From assembly GCA_034520965.1 (NCBI GenBank), contig JAXHMY010000001.1, positions 288,001-352,000 on the forward strand: a stretch of 64,000 nt of DNA. Direction: 5' to 3'. The notes beneath the pieces are model-generated. The model ran no database searches and was not told the DNA's origin. It saw only the letters and a list, made by a program, of their open reading frames with translations. Below are positions 31,672-41,768 of the stretch, in pieces; positions within the stretch are counted from its first letter, which is position 1; the number at the start of each line of letters is the position of its first letter. Position numbers and translations under genes: made by a program. Origin of the DNA: Spirochaetia bacterium (GTDB lineage Bacteria > Spirochaetota > Spirochaetia > DSM-16054 > Sediminispirochaetaceae).

Positions 31672-33485
31672 GTAAAGCCCTTCTCCCGGGCATAGCCGTC
31701 GATAAGCTCTAAAAACAGGGTCCCGTACTGTTTCATTTTCTTTCGTCCCACACCGCTAATTTGCAGGAAGGCGGGCCGGTCCCGGGGAATCTCCCGGGCC
31801 ATCTCTTCCAGACTCGCATCGGAGAATACCATATACGGGGCAATGCCTTTTTCCCGGGACAGCTCGAGCCGCTTCTCCCGCAGCCGTTCGAAAAGCTCAG
31901 GATCGTACTCCTCCTTGGAAGACTTTTTGAGCAGTATCGCCTGTTGAGCCCGGCGGACCACCTGAAAGGCCGCTCGGCCGAACAAAATATCCCGGCCGGT
32001 CTCGGTCATGCTGAGGGTTGGATAGCGTCCTCCGTTCTGCTGCAGAGCGCCCCGGTTCAGCAGGTCGTTCAGCACCTGCTGCCAGTGTTTTTTCGGCTTC
32101 CCCTTCCCTACCCCAAAGGTAGGCAGTTTGTCGTGGCCCCGCTCGCGGATCTTTTCGGTATCCCCGCCCTTTACTATATCGATAATGTGCCCGCCGCCGA
32201 AGCGTTCACCCGTACGGGCCACCGCCGACAGCAGCTTCTGAGCATCCACCGATAGATCCTCGGTGCTGGCCTCGTCGGTACACACGTCACATCTGCCGCA
32301 GCCCCCGGAATGGGCTTCGTCAAAATGGCCCAGCAGGAGGGTACGGCGGCACTCCGAGGCTTGGGCGTAGCGCAGCATAGTATCTAGATTGCGGCGGCCG
32401 CGGGCGGCCTCCTCTTCATCCTCAATCTGATCGATAAAGTAACGCTGGGTACGAATGTCCCCTGGCGAGTAAAGAAGCAGGCAGTGGGACAACAAACCGT
32501 CGCGGCCGGCCCGGCCGGTTTCCTGGTAATAGGCTTCCAGGCTTTTGGGCAGATCGCCGTGCACGACAAAACGCACGTTTGATTTATCGATTCCCATTCC
32601 GAAGGCTATGGTCGCCACAATCACATCCGCCTCGTCCCGTACAAAACGCTCCTGGTGGGTAAGCCGAGTTTTATCGGGAAGTCCGGCGTGGTAGGGCAGC
32701 GCATTTACTCCATGAGTACGCAGAAAATCGCTGGTAGCCTCTACGTCGGCCCGCTTACTGCGATAGATGATTCCCGCCTTCCCCGGACGATCCTGGACAA
32801 AGGCCAGAATCTGGTCCAGCACGCTCTGCTTGGGGCTCACCCGGTAGAACAGCTCGGGCCGGTCGAAACTGGCACGCACCACAAAGGGGTTTTTCATCTT
32901 CAGTTTGGTCTGTATATCCTGCTGAACGGTACGGGTGGCTGTAGCGGTGAAGGCAGCAATCAGGCAGCCGGGAAACTCGCTGCGAATCATTGATAAGGCC
33001 AGGTAGTCGGGACGAAAGTCATGCCCCCATTCACTGATGCAGTGCGCCTCGTCGATTACACACAACACAGGGTCGAATTCCTTTAGCCGCAGGCGAAACT
33101 GATCAGATGAAAATCGTTCGGGACTTATGTACAGCAGTTTTATCTCGCCGGCATGCAGCCGGCGGTACACCCCACGGATCTCCTTCTCGTTCATGCTGCT
33201 GTTCAGAAAGGCCGCCGCCAAACCAAGCTCCTTGGCTGCACTCACCTGGTCCTGCATTAGGGCAATCAGAGGGCTGACCACCACCGTCAAACCCTCCAAC
33301 AAAAGCCCCGTCAACTGGTAACAGAGCGACTTGCCGCCGCCGGTGGGCATGGAGACAAAGGCGTCGGAGCCGCCCAGGAGTGCCTGCACAACCTCCAACT
33401 GGTTCACCTTAAATTTGGAAAAGCCGAAGTATCTTTTTAATTCGCCGTATAATTCTTTTTCAGAAATCACGGGGTACTTTCTCAT
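31647..33485 (-). CDS. recQ: ATP-dependent DNA helicase RecQ
   Basis: MPTGGGKSLCYQL, DEAHCISEWGHDFRP, QETGRAGRDG, Zn-binding Cys, HRDC domain. Confidence 0.96.
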   Translation of the reverse strand: MRKYPVISEKELYGELKRYFGFSKFKVNQLEVVQALLGGSDAFVSMPTGGGKSLCYQLTGLLLEGLTVVVSPLIALMQDQVSAAKELGLAAAFLNSSMNEKEIRGVYRRLHAGEIKLLYISPERFSSDQFRLRLKEFDPVLCVIDEAHCISEWGHDFRPDYLALSMIRSEFPGCLIAAFTATATRTVQQDIQTKLKMKNPFVVRASFDRPELFYRVSPKQSVLDQILAFVQDRPGKAGIIYRSKRADVEATSDFLRTHGVNALPYHAGLPDKTRLTHQERFVRDEADVIVATIAFGMGIDKSNVRFVVHGDLPKSLEAYYQETGRAGRDGLLSHCLLLYSPGDIRTQRYFIDQIEDEEEAARGRRNLDTMLRYAQASECRRTLLLGHFDEAHSGGCGRCDVCTDEASTEDLSVDAQKLLSAVARTGERFGGGHIIDIVKGGDTEKIRERGHDKLPTFGVGKGKPKKHWQQVLNDLLNRGALQQNGGRYPTLSMTETGRDILFGRAAFQVVRRAQQAILLKKSSKEEYDPELFERLREKRLELSREKGIAPYMVFSDASLEEMAREIPRDRPAFLQISGVGRKKMKQYGTLFLELIDGYAREKGFTQSRPDVQ

Positions 33486-33595
33486 GGAATAGGGGCTGGT
33501 TGCAATCGGCCGATGGTTGTTCCTTGAAGTCCCTGAGCTGTGTCTGGTCTGCCCAAATCAGAACTACCTAGTTGTGCAGGGCAGGGTTTGATTAC

Positions 33596-34528
33596 CTACC
33601 CACGCTGCACATGGAGCTGAAAAACATCAGGGCGCTCATAATGACCTATGGGGTCAAAGTCGAGGGCACTGCGGGTAAGAACAGTCATATCGAGTTCGGC
33701 CAGCAGCATTCCCTCCTCGTCAAACAGGGGACCCGCAAGGTATTCACCATATGGATCGACGATACAACTGCCGCCCCGGCACATGACCTCCGGTGCAGAC
33801 TCCAGTTCAGAGTAGTGTTCCAGGTTAGTCGGGTACATGCTTTTTTCTACATACTGATTGCAGCCAATCACATAGCAGCGCCCCTCGAGGGCAATATGCC
33901 TTACTGTGCTTTGCCAGACATCTCTTGAATCGGCGGTGGGTGCTATATAGAGCCTTACACCCTGCTGATACATCGCCGCTCTTGCCAGGGGCATGTAGTT
34001 CTCCCAACATATCAGGCCTCCCATCCGACCGTAGGCTGTATCGACTACTGTAAGGGTTGAGCCGTCACCTTCACCCCAAATCAGTCGTTCCGATCCGGTG
34101 GGTTTTAGTTTGCGGTGTTTTCCGAGCAGGGTTCCGTCGGGGCCGAAGTAGAGCGTGGTACAGTAGAGAGTCCGGTTGCAGCGGTCCCGTTCAGTCACTC
34201 CAATTACCAGGTAGACACCGGCCTTGCGGGCAGCCTTACCGAGAAGTTCGGTGGCTGCCCCCGGCACTTCCACGGCATTCTCGTAGAAGCGCTGCCAGTC
34301 TCTCCGCCCGGCTTCACTCCGGCTGCCAACCAAAAACCCAAAGCTCAAACCCCGGGGATACGCCGGGATAAAAGATTCGGGAAACACAATCAGCTCGGCC
34401 CCGGAGGCTTCAGCGCGTTCAATCAGTTGAACAGCCTTAGTTAGCGTTGCAGGTCCGTCAAAAAGAACCGGAGAGGCCTGAACCACTGCGGTCTTTAGGA
34501 TAGATGATGTATATGCTTCGCCTGTCAT
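33596..34528 (-). CDS. Nitrilase / carbon-nitrogen hydrolase
   Basis: FPE, HRKLKPT, ICWENYMP (E-K-C triad). Confidence 0.92.
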   Translation of the reverse strand: MTGEAYTSSILKTAVVQASPVLFDGPATLTKAVQLIERAEASGAELIVFPESFIPAYPRGLSFGFLVGSRSEAGRRDWQRFYENAVEVPGAATELLGKAARKAGVYLVIGVTERDRCNRTLYCTTLYFGPDGTLLGKHRKLKPTGSERLIWGEGDGSTLTVVDTAYGRMGGLICWENYMPLARAAMYQQGVRLYIAPTADSRDVWQSTVRHIALEGRCYVIGCNQYVEKSMYPTNLEHYSELESAPEVMCRGGSCIVDPYGEYLAGPLFDEEGMLLAELDMTVLTRSALDFDPIGHYERPDVFQLHVQRG

Positions 34529-34560
34529 TAGATTCTACCTACACAAAAGTGGCATTTGCT

Positions 34561-34806
34561 TCAGCGAGAGCGCAGCACGCCCGTAACTGCTCCTACCACA
34601 GCTCCGGCGCCGCCGCTGAGCAAAATATTCTGCCGGATAGACTCTACCCCACGAAGGGTGTTTCCAATTTGAGATAAAAGCGAGTCATTCGGCATCAACA
34701 AGGCTTTCAAACTTATATATGAATTACCGACCTTTCCAAACAAAAAATAACCGACTACCAGTCCAATAATTCCCAATAACAAAGCATTAGACAAAATTTT
34801 ACCCAT
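34561..34806 (-). CDS. Small membrane protein
   Basis: SD before ATG 34806; two hydrophobic segments. Confidence 0.65.
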   Translation of the reverse strand: MGKILSNALLLGIIGLVVGYFLFGKVGNSYISLKALLMPNDSLLSQIGNTLRGVESIRQNILLSGGAGAVVGAVTGVLRSR

Positions 34807-34943
34807 AACACTCTCCCTTTTTCTCTTTATTTGATGTATAATGCAATTAATGAGATTGTACAACGCTTTTTTTATATTTTATTTGACTTTTTAGAGTTAT
34901 TAATTTATTTTAGATAGTAGTGACCTTTTTTTTGGAGTTTTAA

Positions 34944-36344
34944 TTGCAGCCGGTAATTTTAATAGTTCACTCTGACAAATCCTTCATTCACCACACCTCC
35001 GAGTATCTATACAAATACGGGTTCAAAACAGAGCCGGCTCTGTCGGTTGAAGCATGCCGGGCCGCACTACAAAAGAAACCGGCTCCACAACTTGTTCTTA
35101 TAGAGCTGGAATTACATCAAGAAAAAGCCGGAGGCGTCACCCTCACCTCCGAACTCTCCGCCAAGTATGACCTTCCAGTAGTATTTGTAACCAATCGAAA
35201 CGATTCAACTATACTCAGCGATGTCGAGGCGACAAACCATTACGGCATAATTCAACAGAATACGGCACAAAGCCAATTTTTAATTAGCACTATTGAAACC
35301 GCCCTTCGTTTATATAAATCCGAACATCGACACAAATCGAGTGAAGAAAAATACCGCTTCTTTTTTAATAGCATCCCTATTGCTGCAGTAGTATCGGATG
35401 ATCAGTACCGCATACAAGAGTGGAACTACTCTGCCGGCGAGCTGTTCGGCTATCGACGCAAGGAAGTACTGGGGAAAAACCTCATTCAAACTCTCTACTC
35501 CGATAAAAACGAGAAAGATATTTCGGAACTACAAGGATATTTACGGGACAACCTCGAGAATCGGAAGAAATCACATAATTACAATTATGACCGTACAAAA
35601 GACGGCCGCGATTTATTGTGTGAGTGGTATGATCTGCCTTACCGACATAACGGACACACTTACATTCTTTCAGTGGCGAAAGACATTACAGACGAGCAAC
35701 AATTGATGGACAAGCTGCGCGAAACCGTTATAGAAAAGGAATTTCTCCTGCGGGAAACACACCATCGGGTAAAGAACAGTCTGAATATGATCAACTCTCT
35801 GATAAACCTGAAAACTAATAATCTGGAGGCTCAAGCCGTTTTTTCAGACTTAAAGGGGAAGATTCAAGCCCTGAGTACCCTCTATGAGAAGCTCCATCAG
35901 AATACCGATGCCACCCAAATAGACCTCCAACAGTACATCCAAGAACTGTTGAGCTCACTGTTTACTACCTTTGCAGATTTTCCAATTGAACTATATGCTG
36001 AAATGAACCCCATATCGATTGATCCGGATACCGCAATTACTATCGGTTTGATTGTAAATGAGATTGCTACCAATGCAATAAAACACGGTTTTCGGCCTAA
36101 TGAACGCAACTGGTTTCAAGTGCACATAGAAAGCAAAGACCACGGTACTCTCTTTGTTCTCAAACTTGAAAACTCCGGAAATCCCCTTCCCCGCTCGGTA
36201 GACATATCTTCTACAGAAACCCTTGGTTTTCGTCTCATTCAAACCCTGGTCGAGCAGATTCAGGGGAGTCTGGAGATTACCCGGGAACCCCACCCCATTT
36301 TTGTTATTCGGTTCCCCCGCCCCTCTACTCAGGCATCAAGTTAA
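34944..36344 (+). CDS. Degenerate REC + PAS + HisKA_2-type histidine kinase
   Basis: RETHHRVKNSL, LIVNEIATNAIKHG, TLGFRLI; N-terminal REC lacks the acidic pair and phospho-Asp (LVLIE). Confidence 0.88.
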   Translation: MQPVILIVHSDKSFIHHTSEYLYKYGFKTEPALSVEACRAALQKKPAPQLVLIELELHQEKAGGVTLTSELSAKYDLPVVFVTNRNDSTILSDVEATNHYGIIQQNTAQSQFLISTIETALRLYKSEHRHKSSEEKYRFFFNSIPIAAVVSDDQYRIQEWNYSAGELFGYRRKEVLGKNLIQTLYSDKNEKDISELQGYLRDNLENRKKSHNYNYDRTKDGRDLLCEWYDLPYRHNGHTYILSVAKDITDEQQLMDKLRETVIEKEFLLRETHHRVKNSLNMINSLINLKTNNLEAQAVFSDLKGKIQALSTLYEKLHQNTDATQIDLQQYIQELLSSLFTTFADFPIELYAEMNPISIDPDTAITIGLIVNEIATNAIKHGFRPNERNWFQVHIESKDHGTLFVLKLENSGNPLPRSVDISSTETLGFRLIQTLVEQIQGSLEITREPHPIFVIRFPRPSTQASS

Positions 36345-36351
36345 TACACTC

Positions 36352-36855
36352 CTACACAACCTCCGGTTCATGGTCCCGCTTTTCCTGAAACCACTCTTCT
36401 GCAAATCCATCTGCATCATCAACAATTGAGTCGATACTGAGGCGAACATATTTTCCGGTAGCCGAGGCGGCCGGAGTGCCGTCCTGCAGCAGGAGTTCCC
36501 CTGACCCGGAAAAGATCTTGCTGCCCAGTTTATCAATACGCCCCACCACTCTCAGTTCCTCGTTTAGAGGAACCGGTTGCCTGAAACGCACATTCAGTTC
36601 GACAGTCACCCCCCAGGCGTTAGAGTCTTCAATCATAATCGCCCTGCCGATGGTCTCATCCAGCAAAGCCGAAATAAGGCCTCCATGCATTCGCCCTGGA
36701 TACCCCTGATGCTCATCACGGCCTTTCGCAAGGGCAACTAACTCTTTCCCCTCTATCTCATAAAAACGGGTGAATAGACTGAAACCGTTTTCAAGGCCAC
36801 AGACTATGCAGCTCTTACTGTTGTTCTGCTTCGCGGTTACTTTCTGTTTCTTCAT
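36352..36855 (-). CDS. PaaI/hot-dog thioesterase
   Basis: CIVCGLEN, HQGYPGRMHGGLISALLDE. Confidence 0.88.
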   Translation of the reverse strand: MKKQKVTAKQNNSKSCIVCGLENGFSLFTRFYEIEGKELVALAKGRDEHQGYPGRMHGGLISALLDETIGRAIMIEDSNAWGVTVELNVRFRQPVPLNEELRVVGRIDKLGSKIFSGSGELLLQDGTPAASATGKYVRLSIDSIVDDADGFAEEWFQEKRDHEPEVV

Positions 36856-37006
36856 AGCCCCTCCGTGTAGATAATACAACCTGTCTCCGTCAAAAGGGAA
36901 GAGGCTGTGCAGTTAACTTGCAGCGGCTTTGCAGTCGGCTAATCACAAAAATAACTTCTCTCCTGAGTTTTGATTTTTCTCTCTTCCCTAGTATATTTAT
37001 TACAGA

Positions 37007-37594
37007 ATGAGTATGGATAATGATTTCGATAGAGTCGACAGTTTAATCGAGACCGGAATGTATGAGGAAGCGCTGGAGCTGCTGAACAGAATCCTCGCGG
37101 ATGAGCCGGATAACCTGGAAGCTCTGTGGCGCATCGGGGTGGCCTTTACCGAGAACAACCAGGCGCTTAAGGCGAAAAAGGCCTTGGATTACTTTTTCAA
37201 GTTTGAAGATGAGCATCCCCAAGCTCTCGAGGCCTGCGGCTGTGCCAATTTTAAAATTGGTCATTACAGCGAAGCCTGTAAATACCTTGAAAAAGCAGAG
37301 AAACTCATGCCTGATAGCTCTTCAATAAAACGTAATTTAGGGGTGGTATATAATCAGCTCGGCAAGAAGGATGAGAGTTATATTAAGTTTCAAACCTCCT
37401 ACAAACTGAATCCCGAAGACTACCGCACCGGTTATGCCCTGGCCATGGCTCACATCCACTTCAAATACTATAAAGCCGCCAAGGATGTACTTGAACAAAT
37501 GTTGAGTCAGCATCTGCCCACGGATTTCCGGGAGATGGCCGACGAGAGCTACAAATGGATTAAACAAAAGCTCGGCCGTCATATTGACTCATAG
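37007..37594 (+). CDS. TPR-repeat protein
   Basis: Repeated 34-aa helical pattern (EAL..G, NLGVVY). Confidence 0.85.
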   Translation: MSMDNDFDRVDSLIETGMYEEALELLNRILADEPDNLEALWRIGVAFTENNQALKAKKALDYFFKFEDEHPQALEACGCANFKIGHYSEACKYLEKAEKLMPDSSSIKRNLGVVYNQLGKKDESYIKFQTSYKLNPEDYRTGYALAMAHIHFKYYKAAKDVLEQMLSQHLPTDFREMADESYKWIKQKLGRHIDS

Positions 37595-37604
37595 CAAGTG
37601 ATTG

Positions 37605-37779
37605 CAGCAATTCTAAATTTGAAAATTTTAAAAAAATTTTCACATTTAGAATGCTCACATTTTGTTACGGCGTTTCAAAAATTTTTTGATTTTTGAAATC
37701 GCCTGAAGTAACTTAGCCTAAAGGGTTTGAGGTTATTCTAATTTTGGAAGTCAAAAGACTTCCAAAATTAGAATTCCTG
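37605..37779. mobile_element. MITE-like element, copy 1 (175 bp)
   Basis: Ends CAGCAATTCTAAATTTG / CAAAATTAGAATTCCTG (15/17 inverted match); direct repeat AAGTGATTG at 37596-37604 and 37780-37788; three internal hairpins. Confidence 0.85.
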
Positions 37780-37820
37780 AAGTGATTGAAAAAGCCTTTA
37801 AATACGTGTAAGTTAGGGAC

Positions 37821-39054
37821 ATGCAGTTTCCATCAGGTGAATACCGATTTCAGGTTTCCGAAATCACCGCTCATATAAAAGAGATTCTTGAACAAAGCTT
37901 TTCTACAGTTGCAATAGAAGGGGAAATATCAAACTTTCGACCCGCCGGGAGCGGCCACTGGTATTTTACCTTAAAAGACCGGGATGCAATGATTCAAGCG
38001 GTCATGTTTAAGTACCGTTCTGCGCGGGTTACCTTTACTCCTGCGGACGGCCAGAAAGTGGTGGTTCGGGGAAACATCAGCGTATACGCCAAACGGGGAA
38101 ACTATCAGATTATATGCGACAGCATGGAAAAGGCCGGCGAAGGCGACATCCTGGCTATGCTGGAAGAGCGCAAACGTAAGCTTGCCGCAGAAGGGCTTTT
38201 TGCCGAGGAAAAGAAACGGCCCCTGCCCTTTTTTCCCACCAGGATAGCGGTGGTAACCTCCCCCACCGGGGCGGCCATTCGGGATATACTGCAGGTACTC
38301 GGCCGCCGGTCCTCCGGATTGGATGTAGTGGTACTGCCGGCTCCCGTGCAGGGAGACAGCGCCGGGGCAAAAATTGCCGCCCAAATACGACGGGCCAACC
38401 GCTTTCAGCTTGGAGACGTCATAATTACCGGACGAGGCGGCGGTTCCCTGGAAGACCTCCTGCCCTTCTCCGACGAAGAGGTAGTGCGGGCGGTCGCCGA
38501 ATCGAGAAATTCCGGTAATCTCGGCTGTAGGACATGAAATCGACACAGCCCTTACCGATTATGCAGCCGATGTAAGCGCGCCGACACCTTCAGCGGCGGC
38601 TGAAATAGTCAGTAAAAGCCGGGAAGAACTTTCCGATAGGGTCCGTCGCTTAAAGGATGAGATGAGCACCCGGATTCAGAACCGGGTGGAAAACGCAGGA
38701 CTGCTGATCCGGCAGTTTACTCCGGAGAATCTGGAGGAGCGCTTCCGGCAGGTACTGCAGCCCTACCAGCTGCGCCTCGATGATGCCAAGGAAGAGGCGG
38801 TGAGAAACCTGCAGGATATGCTGACCAGCACCCGGCACCGAGTTGCTATGCTGAGATCTTCCATTGAGGGCAACTCGCCTTTAGCTATCCTGCGGAAGGG
38901 CTATGCAGTAGTCACTAACCGCCGCAGCGGCGTGCTAATAGGAAGTGTTCAGCAAAGTAACTCCGGAGATCCAATCGATATTCGTCTACACGACGGCCGA
39001 CTGGGCGCTACTGTAGAGAACAGATACCCCCGCATTGAGGAGGAGACGCCGTGA
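37821..39054 (+). CDS. xseA: Exodeoxyribonuclease VII large subunit, +1 frameshift near 38507
   Basis: [36 protein letters not shown]; removing one A restores [12 protein letters not shown]. Confidence 0.93.
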
Positions 39055-39299
39055 AAAAGTTTGAGGAGCGGCTCGAAAAGCTTGAAGAGCTGAATGAACA
39101 AATGAAGGCCGGAAAGGTACCCCTTGACGATGCCGTCGAGATGTTTGAAGAGGGCATTAAGCTTGCCAAAAGCCTTGAAAAAGACCTTTCGAAGATAGAA
39201 CGCAAGATAGAAATACTGGTCAATGAACCGGATTCAACAAAAGAAGAACCTAACCTGGAGCTGTTTCCCGGTACGGAAAACAGCGATACCCAGGAATAA
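39051..39299 (+). CDS. xseB: Exodeoxyribonuclease VII small subunit
   Basis: FEERLEKLE...[14 protein letters not shown]; follows xseA. Confidence 0.92.
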   Translation: MKKFEERLEKLEELNEQMKAGKVPLDDAVEMFEEGIKLAKSLEKDLSKIERKIEILVNEPDSTKEEPNLELFPGTENSDTQE

Positions 39300-39359
39300 A
39301 ACTTGGCATTTCAAAATTCTACGATTTTTGAAAGTGCCTGATATAAAAGAGAAATTTGA

Positions 39360-40982
39360 ATGAACTTACACACAGAAAAATTACAGACAGAAATAGAGAA
39401 AAGAAAAACCTTTGCTATCATTAGCCACCCTGATGCGGGTAAAACCACCCTCACCGAAAAGCTGCTGTTATTCGGTGGCGGGATACGCACCGCCGGAGCA
39501 GTAAAAAACAATAAAATTAAACGCAGCGCTACCTCCGACTTTATGCAAATTGAGAAGCAGCGCGGTATTTCCGTAGCCACCTCGGTGATGACCTTTGAAT
39601 ACAAGGACAAACTAATCAATATCCTGGATACCCCGGGGCATAAGGACTTTGCCGAGGACACCTACCGCACCCTGACCGCGGTGGACAGCGTAATCCTGGT
39701 AGTCGACTGTGCCAAGGGCGTCGAGGAACAGACGGAAAAACTGATGAATGTCTGCCGGATGCGCAATACCCCGGTAATCATTTTTGTCAACAAGCTCGAC
39801 CGCGAGGGAAAGCCGCCCATGGAGCTGATGGATGAACTGGAGGAGAAACTCGACATTCGAGTACGCCCCCTTACTTGGCCGATTGATATGGGAATAAACT
39901 TCAAAGGCGTCTATAACCTGCACGAAAAAAACGTGTACCTGTTCCAATCTGGAAAAACCCAGGTTGAGGAGGACCGTCTGCTAGTCGACGATCTGCAGTC
40001 GGAAGTGCTGGATGAGAAGCTCGGCAGCAGTGCCACCCAGCTGAGGGAGGATGTCGAATTGATCGAAGGAGTCTACGACCAATTCTCGCAGGAAGAGTAC
40101 AGCCAAGGGGCACTGGCCCCGGTGTTTTTCGGCAGCGCCCTCAACAACTTCGGCGTACGCGAGCTGCTGGAGACCTTTCTGGAGATTGCCCCCTCCCCGG
40201 TCAAACGAGAGACGGATACCCGCTTTATTGAGCCCCAGGAGGAGAAATTCAGCGGCTTTATTTTTAAAATTCATGCCAACCTCGACCCGCGCCATCGCGA
40301 CCGAATCGCCTTTTTAAGGGTCTGTTCGGGAACCTTTATGAAAGACCGCCCCTTCCGTCATGTTCGCCTTGGAAAAAACCTGCGTTTTACCTCGCCCTAT
40401 AACTTTATGGCCCAACGTAAAAGTGTGGTAGATGAGGCTTTCCCGGGGGATGTAGTAGGCCTCTATGACCGGGGAGATCTGAAAATCGGAGACACCCTCA
40501 CTGAAGGTGAGGAGTTCACCTTCCGAGGGGTTCCCCACTTCTCTCCCGAGATCTTTAAAGAGCTTATTAATACCGACCCCATGCGCTCAAAACAGCTGGA
40601 CAAGGGAATTGCTCAGCTCAGCGAAGAGGGGATTGCCCAACTCTTTATTCAGGACAAGGGACGTCGTAAGATTGTTGGTACGGTGGGTGACCTGCAATTC
40701 GACGTGATTATCTACCGGCTCGAGTACGAATACGGAGCATCCTGCCGCTTTGAGCCGCTGAGCTTTGCCCAGGCCTGCTGGATTACCTCGGAGGACCCGA
40801 AAAAGCTCAAGGAGTTTCTCCGTTTTAAGGAATCGAAAATCGCCTATGACCTTGAACAGAAGCCGGTATACTTCGCCGAAACCCAATGGATGCTGCGCAC
40901 CGTAATCGAAGATAATCCGGACATCGAGTTTCACTTTACCAGCGAATTTAAAACCGAGCGGGAAACACTTCCGGCCCGATAA
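39360..40982 (+). CDS. prfC: Peptide chain release factor 3
   Basis: [38 protein letters not shown]. Confidence 0.96.
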   Translation: MNLHTEKLQTEIEKRKTFAIISHPDAGKTTLTEKLLLFGGGIRTAGAVKNNKIKRSATSDFMQIEKQRGISVATSVMTFEYKDKLINILDTPGHKDFAEDTYRTLTAVDSVILVVDCAKGVEEQTEKLMNVCRMRNTPVIIFVNKLDREGKPPMELMDELEEKLDIRVRPLTWPIDMGINFKGVYNLHEKNVYLFQSGKTQVEEDRLLVDDLQSEVLDEKLGSSATQLREDVELIEGVYDQFSQEEYSQGALAPVFFGSALNNFGVRELLETFLEIAPSPVKRETDTRFIEPQEEKFSGFIFKIHANLDPRHRDRIAFLRVCSGTFMKDRPFRHVRLGKNLRFTSPYNFMAQRKSVVDEAFPGDVVGLYDRGDLKIGDTLTEGEEFTFRGVPHFSPEIFKELINTDPMRSKQLDKGIAQLSEEGIAQLFIQDKGRRKIVGTVGDLQFDVIIYRLEYEYGASCRFEPLSFAQACWITSEDPKKLKEFLRFKESKIAYDLEQKPVYFAETQWMLRTVIEDNPDIEFHFTSEFKTERETLPAR

Positions 40983-40994
40983 ACTCTTCCGGCA

Positions 40995-41300
40995 CTACTT
41001 AGGATGGTGGAGGTAGCGCTCTTCAAAACGGCGGGCCTCGTACTCCATTTTTAACAATTTATGATCATACTCATTCAGTTCCTCCCCCGCTCGGGCTTTG
41101 GCCTGAATTTCTTCCAGGCTCGGCAGTTCCTCCTGAATATAGCGGCGGATAGCCTCGCGGGCGCGCAGGATAAGCTTAGGCTGGGGCGATTCATTTATGT
41201 AGTTGAGCAGAACCTGCTTACTGGTATTACGCAGCTCCATACGGGTGATGTGTTCTACAAGATCAAAATAGGCGTGTAAGAAAGGTCGTTCATCCGGAAT
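40995..41300 (-). CDS. Hypothetical protein (possible ATT start at 41300; first ATG at 41240)
   Basis: Frame open upstream of the ATG; SD AAGGAG 6 nt before ATT. Confidence 0.6.
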   Translation of the reverse strand: MPDERPFLHAYFDLVEHITRMELRNTSKQVLLNYINESPQPKLILRAREAIRRYIQEELPSLEEIQAKARAGEELNEYDHKLLKMEYEARRFEERYLHHPK

Positions 41301-41336
41301 AAGACGCTCCTTTTCCTAGAGTGTACCGGAAAACCG

Positions 41337-41768
41337 CTATTCAATAAAGCGGTCCAGCCCTTCGATTGTATCACCGACTTTGGCCCCCGAGCGCTGGAAT
41401 GCGCCCCGCGGCAGCTCAAGGGCAAAGCGGACAGCGTAGTCCGATTTTACCGTGCGCAGCGATTCGGGCTCCATATGATGAATGCTCTTTATGACACCCC
41501 TCTTTGAAATATATGCGATAGAGAGAGGAATATAGGTATTTTTCATCCAAAAACTCAGGTGTTGGTCCCGTTCAAAGACAAACAGCATTCCCTCATTCTC
41601 TCCGAGGGACTCCCGGTGCATCAGCCCGCGTTGACGATCTTCTTCACTGCGGGCAACTTCTACGGTATACGTATCCACTCCCACCTGTAACTTATTCGAC
41701 GGGAGGCCTTCTTCGGCACTGCAGCCAAGTGTCATTAAGAGCATCATTATAAAAAATATACGCATCAA
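41337..41768 (-). CDS. DUF192 family protein
   Basis: VEVARS..RQRGLMHRE..GMLFVF..FWMKNTYIPLSIAYI. Confidence 0.9.
   Translation of the reverse strand: MMRIFFIMMLLMTLGCSAEEGLPSNKLQVGVDTYTVEVARSEEDRQRGLMHRESLGENEGMLFVFERDQHLSFWMKNTYIPLSIAYISKRGVIKSIHHMEPESLRTVKSDYAVRFALELPRGAFQRSGAKVGDTIEGLDRFIE

Noticed and set aside
37605..37779. Hairpin series as a CRISPR array, attC sites or simple terminators
   Set aside because: No repeat-spacer periodicity, cas or integrase genes; AT-rich stems with terminal repeats and target duplications fit a MITE better
38500..38520. Programmed frameshift in xseA
   Set aside because: No slippery heptamer; one extra A explains it
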